Below, one piece after another: positions 27,783-36,102 of a DNA stretch of 36,410 nt. The position numbers and the translations under genes were made by a program. The DNA comes from Gemmatimonadales bacterium. GTDB taxonomy: Bacteria; Gemmatimonadota; Gemmatimonadetes; Gemmatimonadales; GWC2-71-9. Under the pieces are notes generated by a model. That model was not told the origin of the DNA. It searched no databases and saw nothing but the letters and a program-made list of their open reading frames with translations. The DNA lies in assembly GCA_050733115.1 (NCBI GenBank), contig JBOHSC010000314.1:1-36410 (forward strand), read 5' to 3'. Numbering within the stretch: position 1 is the first letter of the stretch; every line of letters starts with the position of its first letter.

Positions 27783-29088
27783 CCTCCTCGAGCGGCTCGA
27801 AGGGGGCACGGCTCCCTGGCTCTTCGTCCACAGTGTCGAGCGCGCTTCCGAGCGCGCCCTCGTGCTGGCGCGTCCTCAGGACATCGTCTGCGTCAGCGAC
27901 GAGGTCGAGCCGGCCTATCTCTCCTATCTCGCCGAGCTGGGGCTGGGCCCGGCCCCGGACCGGGTCGTGCCGATGTCGCGCTTCGGCGACCGGTCGCCGG
28001 GGCGAGCGCTCTGGGCCCGATTGGCGGAAAACACCGAAGCCCTGCGTGCGGTCGGGTCGCTCGTGCGCGAGGGTGGCCCCTCCCGGCTCCATCCATTCAT
28101 CGCCTCGCGCGGCTCTTTCGCTCTGGCCGCGGCACTCGAGATCGCCGCCGACACCGAGGTTCGCGTGGCCGGCGGAGACCCCGCGATCGTAGAATACGCC
28201 GACCAGAAGCACAACATTCGCGAACGCGCCATCGCCCTCGGCATTCCGGTGGCCGACGGCGAGGTGGTCGAGCTTGCGGTGGCGGGCGGGCGACGGAAGC
28301 GCGACTATGACGCACTGCGCCATGCCGTGGAGCGGAGGCTGGCCCAGACGGGGCGCGTGCTGGTACGGGGATCGCACGGCACCGGCGGGTCGGCGACGCA
28401 CATCGTGGGCACCGGCGGGACCGACGTCCACGGACTGGTGCGGAACCTCTCCGATCATGTCGAGAATCGGGTCTACCTGGTCGAGACGATGGTCGCGGCA
28501 ACGGTGTCTCCCAACGTGCAGCTCCACATCTCACCGGCCGGCGGGCCGATCACCTGCGTCGGCGTGACCGACCAGCGTTGGGAGCGCCGGCTGGTGAATG
28601 GAGGAAATCTCTTTCCATCGGCGTCCCACCTGACGGCCGCGATGGTGGAGTGGTCGTACCGGATGGCGGGGTGGCTGCAGGAGGCGGCATACTCCGGGCT
28701 GCTGGGACTCGACTTCGTCGAGTACGCCGATCCGGGCACCGGGGAACTCCGCGCCTTCCTCGCGGAGGTGAATCCCCGGGTGGCCGGCGACACTTATCCA
28801 TTGGCGCTCTTCGAGCGGCTCAACGCCGCCCAGCGGCGAGCCGGGCGTCCGGAGAGCGGCGCCTTCGTATCGGGCACCATCGAAACCCGGCCGCGCCGAT
28901 TCGCAGAATTCCACCGTGCCGCCGACCATCTTTTCTATTCACCCGCTACCGGGTGCGGAGTCGTGCCGCATCACGTGGGGTCGCTCGGCCGCGGAAAGTG
29001 CGGCGTAGTAGTCTTCGGGCCGACGCGAGACGCCGTACTGCGCTCATATGGGGAGCTGCAGAGCTGGTGCAGGCGGGAGGGACAATGA
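27775..29088 (+). CDS. ATP-grasp superfamily carboxylate-amine ligase with an N-terminal pre-ATP-grasp-like region
   Basis: It overlaps the previous gene by 8 nt (ATGGTTAG). ATP-grasp landmarks are DQKHNIRERAIALGIPVADGE, RVLVRGSHGTGGSATHIV, VYLVETMV and GLLGLDFVEY...FLAEVNPRVAG. Confidence 0.7.
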   Translation: MVSLLERLEGGTAPWLFVHSVERASERALVLARPQDIVCVSDEVEPAYLSYLAELGLGPAPDRVVPMSRFGDRSPGRALWARLAENTEALRAVGSLVREGGPSRLHPFIASRGSFALAAALEIAADTEVRVAGGDPAIVEYADQKHNIRERAIALGIPVADGEVVELAVAGGRRKRDYDALRHAVERRLAQTGRVLVRGSHGTGGSATHIVGTGGTDVHGLVRNLSDHVENRVYLVETMVAATVSPNVQLHISPAGGPITCVGVTDQRWERRLVNGGNLFPSASHLTAAMVEWSYRMAGWLQEAAYSGLLGLDFVEYADPGTGELRAFLAEVNPRVAGDTYPLALFERLNAAQRRAGRPESGAFVSGTIETRPRRFAEFHRAADHLFYSPATGCGVVPHHVGSLGRGKCGVVVFGPTRDAVLRSYGELQSWCRREGQ

Positions 29089-30104
29089 CTTCCGCGGTCA
29101 TGCCGCTCCCGGCACGGCGATCGCTGCTCGCTGCCGTCGAGGAGCGCTTTCTCGTGCGGAGCTACGCGTCGCCGAGAGCGGGGGCGTGGGTCGCGGTGCA
29201 CGACGCGCTGGCGTTCCCGTTCCAGATGCGTGGAGATATGCGTCGTTCGACGGTCCGCACCGACGAGGGAACACTGCGAGTGGTAGAAATCGGACGCGGC
29301 AAGCACACGGGGCCGTTCTGTGCCCGGCTCCTCGGGTCGCGAGCGCACGGTGCGGGCGACGGCGCGCGGCCGCTTTGGAGCCCGGCCGCGCTGGCCGACG
29401 TCGACGCCGATCTCGTCCTGGCGGAGATTCATCGCTGGATGGCACCCCGCTTCCGGCGCGCCGGGTGGCTGGTCGTGCCCGACTCGATAAGGTGGCATGG
29501 CGATCTCACGCGCTGCCCGCCCTCGCGCGCCACGCCGAGCCTCAAGGCCGATCTGAAAAAGGTGAGCCGGTATGGGTACACCCTGGAGTCCGCCGGCACC
29601 TCACAGGACTGGGCGGAGTTCTACGGCAGCATGGTGGTGCCACAGGCGCGCGTTCGTTTCGGGGAAGCAGCGTGGATTCCGAGTGAACGGCTGCGGAGGG
29701 AGCTGGCGGCGCGTGGCACACTCCACTTCATCCTTCGCGACGGAGCCCCGGTGGCGGGTATCTGCTCGGTGCGCACCGGCTCGACACTCTGGCTTCCGGT
29801 GATGGGGCTCCGGCAGAGCGATGCGAACCTGCTCAAGGAGGGTGTCTACTCCGCCGCCTTCTCGCTCCTGTTCGACTGGGCAGCCAGGCAGGGATGCACG
29901 CAGGTGGACGCCGGCCGCACGTCGGCGTTCACACTCGACGGCGTACATCGGTTCAAACGAAAATGGGGGCTCGAGCCCGTGGCCGATCCGCTGAGCCACC
30001 TGATTGCCGTACGCGCCGGCTCTACGGCGCTGCGCGCGTTCGCGCACCAGCCCGTCCTCGTCGACCGCGGGAGTGGGCTGGCCGCATTTCCGGAGGCCGA
30101 GTGA
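29085..30104 (+). CDS. GNAT-fold acyl/aminoacyl transferase, FemAB/CelD-like (Acetyltransf_6-type)
   Basis: ATGA overlap at 29085-29088. The C-terminal half (HFILRDGAPVAGICSV...LLKEGVYSAAFSLLFDWAARQGCTQVDAGRT...GVHRFKRKWGLEP) follows the FemAB/CelD-like pattern, including the ..FK.KWG.. signature. Confidence 0.65.
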   Translation: MTSAVMPLPARRSLLAAVEERFLVRSYASPRAGAWVAVHDALAFPFQMRGDMRRSTVRTDEGTLRVVEIGRGKHTGPFCARLLGSRAHGAGDGARPLWSPAALADVDADLVLAEIHRWMAPRFRRAGWLVVPDSIRWHGDLTRCPPSRATPSLKADLKKVSRYGYTLESAGTSQDWAEFYGSMVVPQARVRFGEAAWIPSERLRRELAARGTLHFILRDGAPVAGICSVRTGSTLWLPVMGLRQSDANLLKEGVYSAAFSLLFDWAARQGCTQVDAGRTSAFTLDGVHRFKRKWGLEPVADPLSHLIAVRAGSTALRAFAHQPVLVDRGSGLAAFPEAE

Positions 30105-30784
30105 GCGTCCGCAGCCGACTCCTGCGTTTTGCCGGCCACTGGCGCGGCTTTCCTGGCGAGGCACGACGTGCCTATCGGGTGGGCGGCATGAGCGAGCTAC
30201 GGCAGCTCGTTGCCGACCGGTCGGTGCATCTCCTCTTCCGCCGGGACCGCATGGTGGTGGTGGCGCAGGCACTCGACTCGGTGCGCGACGCCGCCACGCC
30301 TGAAGGGGTGACGATCACCAGCGGCACCCGAGAGGACATCGGCCTCCTCACTGAGCTGGCGAGCGCCCGCGACATCCAGCTCTTTCGCGGACGGCACGAC
30401 GCGGGCCGCACCTGTCTCCTTGCATGGCGTAACGGGCGGCCGATCGGATATACGTGGCTCAGTGAGCGGATGGGGCCGGACGTGACCGTATGCACGCTCC
30501 CACTGCCCCCCAACGCTGCCTACCTCTACGATCTCTTCGTCCTTCCCGCGGAGCGGAGCTCCGGCGTCGGCTCGGCGCTGGTGAGCGCCCGGCTCCGGCT
30601 GGCCCGCGATCGTGGATTCACCGAGGGGTGGCGGATGATCTCGGTCGGGAATCATGCGTCGTTCAGGACGGTCGAGAAGACCCGTGGCCCGGGGACGAGA
30701 GTCGTGGGCGAGATGCGGTATCTGAAGGTGCTCGACAGGATCTACCCCCGATTCACGCCATGCAGCACGACCGGGGCCCAGTGA
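30101..30784 (+). CDS. GNAT-family N-acetyltransferase
   Basis: GTG start in a GTGA overlap (30101-30104); an alternative ATG is at 30189. The acetyl-CoA binding motif A is YDLFVLPAERSSGVGSALVSARLRLARDRG (about 30533-30620). Confidence 0.75.
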   Translation: MSVRSRLLRFAGHWRGFPGEARRAYRVGGMSELRQLVADRSVHLLFRRDRMVVVAQALDSVRDAATPEGVTITSGTREDIGLLTELASARDIQLFRGRHDAGRTCLLAWRNGRPIGYTWLSERMGPDVTVCTLPLPPNAAYLYDLFVLPAERSSGVGSALVSARLRLARDRGFTEGWRMISVGNHASFRTVEKTRGPGTRVVGEMRYLKVLDRIYPRFTPCSTTGAQ

Positions 30785-31914
30785 CCGCGGGCGTGCTCGG
30801 TGCGGCCGACCGCCTGACCGGCGAGGAGTGGAACGCGCTCGCCCGGCGCGGCTTCTCCCTTCACCGGTGGCACGCGGCGGCAGAGGCGAGCGGGTGGCGA
30901 CCCCGCCACGTCGTGGTGCGCGACGGCCAATCGGTGCTGGCAATCGTGCCCGCATACCTCCTCGACGGCGGCGCCGCGCTCGACATTCATGATCGCTGGC
31001 TCGGACCGCTCGGCCCCGCAATGGCGGCAGCCGGCCTCCGTTTTCGACCGACGATCTCCGTGGGCGCGCCGTGCTCCACCACCAGCTCGTGGCTTGGCGA
31101 TCTCGAGGCGCTCCCCGAGACGGTGATCGAACAGGTCTTCGCGGCGCTGGAGGCTCAGGCGAGGGAGGACGGGGCACGCGCCGTGGTATGGCCGTTCGTG
31201 GATGAGCGGCACCAGCACCTTCGTGAGGTGGCACGCCGCGGGGGATATCTTGACTACTATGCGGGCTCGACCGCGCGGGTTCCGGTCGCATGGCCCTCGT
31301 TCGACGATTACCTGGCGAGCCGCTCGAAGAGTCTCCGCCGCACCGTCCGCGCCGAACTCAAGTGGCTGGACGAGCGTGCTATCCGCACTGCCATGACTCC
31401 CGACTTCCGGGCGCAGGCTCCCGCTATGGCGGCGCTGTACGCCTCCACCAGTGAAGATCACCGCGGCCGCGCGGCGGCCGTGCCCTCGATTCTTTTCACG
31501 CACCTCGCCGAGCAGCCCACCCCGGGGCTCTGGGGGCAGCTCACCTATCACGACGACCGACTCGTGGGTTCCAGCATCTCGGTCGCCGCCAGCGGCGTGA
31601 TGGAGGGAACGTTCGCGGCGTTCGCGCCGGGATTCCTGGCCGGGCCGGTATATCACAACGACCTGGTGTACGAGCCGCTGCGCGTGGCATGCGCCGAGGG
31701 GATGACGGCTCTCGATCTGGGGCCGACGGCGCTCTATCCCAAGGTGCTGCGAGGCGGCCGCTTGGTGCGCCGGCGCACCCTCGTCCGGGGAACCTCACTC
31801 CTCGTACAAGGGGCGCTGCGCATGCTCGGACCAGTGGTTGCGCGCCGGACCGAGTGGAAGGAGCGGCGCGCTCTCGAGGCGCTCGGCACACTGGAGACGC
31901 TGACCGACGCATGA
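30781..31914 (+). CDS. FemAB-like / DUF482-type GNAT-fold protein ('peptidoglycan biosynthesis/recognition' family)
   Basis: GTG at 30781 forms a GTGA overlap with the upstream stop; an in-frame ATG at 30760 is the alternative. The patterns EEWNALARRGFSLHRWHAAAEASGWRPRHVVV..., FDDYLASRSKSLRRTVRAELKWL and LDLGPTALYPKVLRGG resemble that family. The assignment is from memory. Confidence 0.6.
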   Translation: MTAGVLGAADRLTGEEWNALARRGFSLHRWHAAAEASGWRPRHVVVRDGQSVLAIVPAYLLDGGAALDIHDRWLGPLGPAMAAAGLRFRPTISVGAPCSTTSSWLGDLEALPETVIEQVFAALEAQAREDGARAVVWPFVDERHQHLREVARRGGYLDYYAGSTARVPVAWPSFDDYLASRSKSLRRTVRAELKWLDERAIRTAMTPDFRAQAPAMAALYASTSEDHRGRAAAVPSILFTHLAEQPTPGLWGQLTYHDDRLVGSSISVAASGVMEGTFAAFAPGFLAGPVYHNDLVYEPLRVACAEGMTALDLGPTALYPKVLRGGRLVRRRTLVRGTSLLVQGALRMLGPVVARRTEWKERRALEALGTLETLTDA

Positions 31915-33353
31915 CCAGCATCGATCTGTCGATCCCGGCGCCACGCCGGGCCAGCCTGCTCCAGCGGATTGCCGCCTATTCGGCGAGCCGCGGTGTCACC
32001 GAGGGGTTGCTCGGCCTGCGCGGCATTCTGCTCGCCACGGTGCTGGGCCCGGCCGGATTCGGTGCGTGGGCGCTCCTCCGGCTCTCCATGCGATACTCGA
32101 TGTTCGGCGCGCTTGGTGTCTTTCGCGGGCTCGAGCTGGAGTCGCTCGCCGCCCGCCGGCGCGACGAGCCGGGTGAGGGCGCTCCCGCCGGGGCGGCGCT
32201 GGGGTTCATTCTCGCGGAATCGGGGACGCTGGCGGGCATAGCGCTCGTCGCGTCGTTCGTAGTGCCCGATCCGTCGCATGCCATGGTCCTCAGAGGCTTC
32301 GCGGCGGCGGTGGTGTTTGAGCAGGCGTACACCTATGCCCTCGTCTGGACCCGGGTGCGGATGACGCTCCGCCGTTACGCTTCGCTCGAAATGGTCAACG
32401 CCGCGCTGCAACTCGTCTGCGCGGTCTCGCTGGCGGCGGTGTGGGGGCTTCCCGGGGCGTTCGGCGGGATGGCGCTGGCCAGCGCCCTGGCGCTGCTGCT
32501 CGCCGCGAGCTGGGTCGAGTTCCGGCCCGCGATTCGCATCGCGCCGCTGAGGCGGTTGCTCGGCGTGGGCATCCCGCTCACCGTCTCGATGCTCCTCGCC
32601 ACCTCCCTCTACACCGCCGACCGCTGGATCGTGGCCGCGTTCGGCGGTGCGACGCTGCTCGGCTACTACGCGCTTGCTGCCTCGGTGGCCGACGTCACCG
32701 GATCGTTCGCCTGGGTGGTGCGAACCGTCGTATTCCCCGATGTGTACGGCCACGCGCAGTCGTCGGGCGCGGTTGCGGCGCTCAATCGGCATTTCGACCG
32801 GGCCGTGCTCCCCTTTGCGCGACTCTATCCTCCGCTCCTCGGCGCGCTGGCTTGCCTCCTCGGTCCCGTGGTGGCGCTGGCAGTGCCGCAGTATCTCCCC
32901 GCCATCGCCCCTGCGAAGATCTTCCTCGTGAGTGGTGCCGCGGCAGGTCTCGTGAGCCTGGCCGCCGTCGGTGCGGTCGCGGCAGGCCGGCATCGCAGTC
33001 TGCCCTTTCTCTCGGCCGGCGGCCTGGTCGCGAGCGTCACCCTTTCACTCCTCGCGATCCGACTGGGCCGGGGTCTCGAGGCAGTGGCGGGGGCGGCGTT
33101 CACCGGCCAGGTCCTCTACGCGGCGGGGATTCTGTGGCTTACCTGCCGAGAGGGTCAGCGCACCGACACCGCCGCCTTCCTTCGGAGTGCGCTCCTGCCG
33201 CTCGGATGGTGCATGACGTCGGTGCTGCTGGTGGGCCGGCTCTTTCCCGGCAACGACCTCGCATCGGCGGCGCCTGCCTTTCTCGTCTACCTGGTGTTGA
33301 TCCTTCCGCTTGCGCCGGTAATCAGACGCGAGTGGGCGGCGGTCCGGAGGTAG
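31911..33353 (+). CDS. MOP-superfamily oligosaccharide flippase (Wzx-like polysaccharide biosynthesis protein)
   Basis: ATGA overlap at 31911-31914. It is a ~480-residue protein of a dozen or so hydrophobic helices. The N-terminal GLLGLRGILLATVLGPAGFGAWALL pattern is typical of Wzx/PST flippases. Confidence 0.8.
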   Translation: MTSIDLSIPAPRRASLLQRIAAYSASRGVTEGLLGLRGILLATVLGPAGFGAWALLRLSMRYSMFGALGVFRGLELESLAARRRDEPGEGAPAGAALGFILAESGTLAGIALVASFVVPDPSHAMVLRGFAAAVVFEQAYTYALVWTRVRMTLRRYASLEMVNAALQLVCAVSLAAVWGLPGAFGGMALASALALLLAASWVEFRPAIRIAPLRRLLGVGIPLTVSMLLATSLYTADRWIVAAFGGATLLGYYALAASVADVTGSFAWVVRTVVFPDVYGHAQSSGAVAALNRHFDRAVLPFARLYPPLLGALACLLGPVVALAVPQYLPAIAPAKIFLVSGAAAGLVSLAAVGAVAAGRHRSLPFLSAGGLVASVTLSLLAIRLGRGLEAVAGAAFTGQVLYAAGILWLTCREGQRTDTAAFLRSALLPLGWCMTSVLLVGRLFPGNDLASAAPAFLVYLVLILPLAPVIRREWAAVRR

Positions 33354-33356
33354 CCG

Positions 33357-34205
33357 ATGGCGCGCGCCCGGGAGAGACTCTCGGTGGTGGTACTCACTTC
33401 GATTCCGCTCGGAATCGAAGTCACCGCGGCGCTGAGAGCGTTGCCCGAGGTGGGTCAGCTGACCCTTTTCTCCGCCCCGGCGATACCGCACCAGACGACG
33501 GCCTCGTTGATCCGGACCACTTGGCGCCACGAGGGAATGCGAGGCCTTCTCGATGCCGCGCTCCGGAGGGCACGGAAGGCGGCACGTCTCCAGGAGAACC
33601 GCAGTCCAGCGGCGCTGGCCGCACGGCGTTGTCCCAACGTCGCCCACTTCCCGATGGCCCAGTTTCATTCCGATGCGTGCCGCGCCCGAATCTCCGGGCT
33701 CGCTCCCGATCTCGGCGTGGTGGTGGGCACCCACGTCCTGAAGGGCGATCTCTTCACCATCCCACGCCTCGGCTGCATTAATCTCCACCTCGGCGCCGCG
33801 CCGGAGTTTCGCGGCTCGTCACCGGGGTTCTACGAGCTGCTGGAAGGGGTGCCCGAGGCCGGCGTCACCATCCATCGCGTGACCGATACACTGGACGGTG
33901 GCGACATCCTCCTTCAGGAGCGCTTCCCCCTCGAGACCGCCCCCGATGGCGACCCCGTGGACTATCTGCGCCGATACCTGGCCGAGGTGCTCTGCCCGAA
34001 CGGGGTGCGCATGATGGCGGCGGCGGTTGCGGCGATGGCCCATGGAACGCAGACCGAACGGGTCCAGGATGCCGCCGCCGCCCGCACCTACCGGCGAGCC
34101 ACATGCGCCCTCAAGCGCGAGTTGAGGCAGCGGGTCGCCGAACGGAGGAAGGGCACGCTGCAGGCGCCGGTCGGGAGGTTGACATACGGCTCGACCGAGC
34201 CGTAA
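33357..34205 (+). CDS. Formyltransferase-family protein (Fmt/PurN/ArnA-N-like)
   Basis: GGAGG at 33346-33350, 6 nt before the ATG. Catalytic Asn/His are in CINLHLGAAPEFRG (Asn 33780-33782, His 33786-33788). Asp is in VTIHRVTDTLDGGDILLQ. Confidence 0.85.
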   Translation: MARARERLSVVVLTSIPLGIEVTAALRALPEVGQLTLFSAPAIPHQTTASLIRTTWRHEGMRGLLDAALRRARKAARLQENRSPAALAARRCPNVAHFPMAQFHSDACRARISGLAPDLGVVVGTHVLKGDLFTIPRLGCINLHLGAAPEFRGSSPGFYELLEGVPEAGVTIHRVTDTLDGGDILLQERFPLETAPDGDPVDYLRRYLAEVLCPNGVRMMAAAVAAMAHGTQTERVQDAAAARTYRRATCALKRELRQRVAERRKGTLQAPVGRLTYGSTEP

Positions 34206-34433
34206 GTTCAGTTCAGGCGACCCAGTGCGAGAAATGCCGATGCCGATATCTCACCCAGTGATGTCCCTTTGCCCTTGTAGCTGTCCTGTCCGCATGCGGA
34301 CCGGAGGGTAGGCGCAGCCGCACATTGACGTACCATGTTTTCCAGTCGATGGCCGCGTCCTCCTACCGGAGCTCGCGGCCGATTTCATCTCCAGTACTGA
34401 TGTTCCATTGCAAGCATGCCTGAGGAGGCTTCC

Positions 34434-35327
34434 ATGGGAGCAGCACAAGCGGTCAGGCCGGTGGTTCCGATCGACCAGCGGGGGTATGTACATCCCGAGG
34501 TCCTGGTCTCGACCGACTGGGCAGCCGCCCATCTCAACGACCCGAAGGTCCGCCTGGTCGAATCGAATGAAGACATCCTGCTCTACGATACGGGGCACAT
34601 CCCGGGAGCGGTCAAGCTCGACTGGACCACCGACCTGAACGACTCTGTCATCCGCGACTACATCGACCGCGACCGGTTGCAGAAGTTGCTGCGGTCGAAG
34701 GGGATCAACGACGACACGACGATTGTGCTTTACGGAGACAAGAACAACTGGTGGGCTACCTACGCCCTCTGGGTGCTTCAGCTCTTCGGAGTGGAGAACG
34801 TGAAAATCCTCGATGGCGGGCGCCTGCGCTGGGCGGAGGAAGGACGGAAGCTCACCACCGACACGCCGGCCTACGCCGCGGGCAACATCACTCTCGGGGA
34901 GCGTGACGACACGAAGATCCGCGCCTTCCGCGAGGAGGTGCTGGACCATTTGAAAAAGAAGGGACAGCTGGTGGACGTGCGGAGCCCCGAGGAGTTCAGC
35001 GGCCAGCGCACGCACATGCCCGAGTACCCGCAGGAGGGAACGCTGCGCGGCGGTCACATTCCGGGCGCCAAGAGCATTCCCTGGGCCAAGGCGGTGGACC
35101 CCGACACCCATACTTTCCGGTCCGCGAGCGACCTGAGGAAGCTGTACGAGCAGGACAACAGCCTGAACAAGAAGGAAGAGACGATCGCCTACTGCCGGAT
35201 CGGGGAGCGCTCGTCGCATACGTGGTTCGCGCTCACCTACCTGCTCGGCTTCGACAACGTGCGGAACTACGACGGGTCGTGGACCGAATGGGGCAATGGA
35301 GTGCGCCTGCCGGTGGAAAAGTCGTAA
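34434..35327 (+). CDS. Thiosulfate/3-mercaptopyruvate sulfurtransferase (tandem rhodanese domains)
   Basis: The ATG at 34434 is preceded by GAGGAGG (34422-34428). The active-site loop is [13 protein letters not shown]. The overall pattern ([20 protein letters not shown]..., [11 protein letters not shown]) is like actinobacterial CysA/SseA-type sulfurtransferases. Confidence 0.9.
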   Translation: MGAAQAVRPVVPIDQRGYVHPEVLVSTDWAAAHLNDPKVRLVESNEDILLYDTGHIPGAVKLDWTTDLNDSVIRDYIDRDRLQKLLRSKGINDDTTIVLYGDKNNWWATYALWVLQLFGVENVKILDGGRLRWAEEGRKLTTDTPAYAAGNITLGERDDTKIRAFREEVLDHLKKKGQLVDVRSPEEFSGQRTHMPEYPQEGTLRGGHIPGAKSIPWAKAVDPDTHTFRSASDLRKLYEQDNSLNKKEETIAYCRIGERSSHTWFALTYLLGFDNVRNYDGSWTEWGNGVRLPVEKS

Positions 35328-35331
35328 CCCT

Positions 35332-36102
35332 CTAGGGCCGGCCGGCCCTGATGGCCTTCGGCAGATCGGTGACGATGCCCGCCACCCCCCGCGACCACAG
35401 CGTCCGGGCGGTGGCGGTGTCATTCACGGTCCAGACGTGCACCGGGCAGCCGAGCCGGCGGGCCGCAGCGACGAAGCGGGCCGTCGGGACGGTCAGCATC
35501 CGGTGCTTCGTCGGGACGGAGAGAAGGCGGTAGCGCACGGGGGGGCTGCCCAGCCTCAGCAGGGAGGCGCGGTAGAGGGCGGAGATCTCGGGGCCCGACG
35601 CGGCGCAGACGAACGGGGGCTCCCGGAAGAGCTCCAGCGCCTCGGCGTGCTCGGAAGCCACCACGCACCGCTCCGTGGCCCCTTCCGTCACCAGTACCCG
35701 CTGCACGGCGGCCTGCACTTCCGGCTCCTTCACCTCGATCAGAACGGGCACTCCGGGGAATGCCCAGAGAACCTCGCCAAGCGTCGGGATGCGGACGCCG
35801 GTGGCACGGAAAGGAAAGGTGCGACCCTGATCGGGGGTGAATCGATAGCCGGCGTCCACCGAGCGCAGGTCCGCGAGAGTCTGCGCGCGCACAGGGCCGG
35901 TGTGGTCGGTGGTGCGTTCGAGGGTGGCGTCGTGCATCACCACCGGCGCCCCGTCGCGGCTGAGCCGGACATCGAGCTCGAGGGCGTCGGCGCCCTCCTG
36001 CACAGCCCGCTCGAATGCCTGGAGGGTGTTCTCGGGCGCGCCACCAGACGCACCGCGGTGTGCGATGACGAGCCTGGCATCGAGATCGAGTAACGGGTTC
36101 AT
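35332..36102 (-). CDS. Glycerophosphodiester phosphodiesterase (GDPD family), cytoplasmic type
   Basis: The ATG at 36102 gives MNPLLDLDARLVIAHRGASGGAPENTLQAF..ELDVRLSRDGAPVVMHD, the GDPD catalytic motifs. The longer ORF-track N terminus is R/G-rich and is rejected. The start overlaps the upstream gene's stop (ATGA on the minus strand). Confidence 0.9.
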   Translation of the reverse strand: MNPLLDLDARLVIAHRGASGGAPENTLQAFERAVQEGADALELDVRLSRDGAPVVMHDATLERTTDHTGPVRAQTLADLRSVDAGYRFTPDQGRTFPFRATGVRIPTLGEVLWAFPGVPVLIEVKEPEVQAAVQRVLVTEGATERCVVASEHAEALELFREPPFVCAASGPEISALYRASLLRLGSPPVRYRLLSVPTKHRMLTVPTARFVAAARRLGCPVHVWTVNDTATARTLWSRGVAGIVTDLPKAIRAGRP

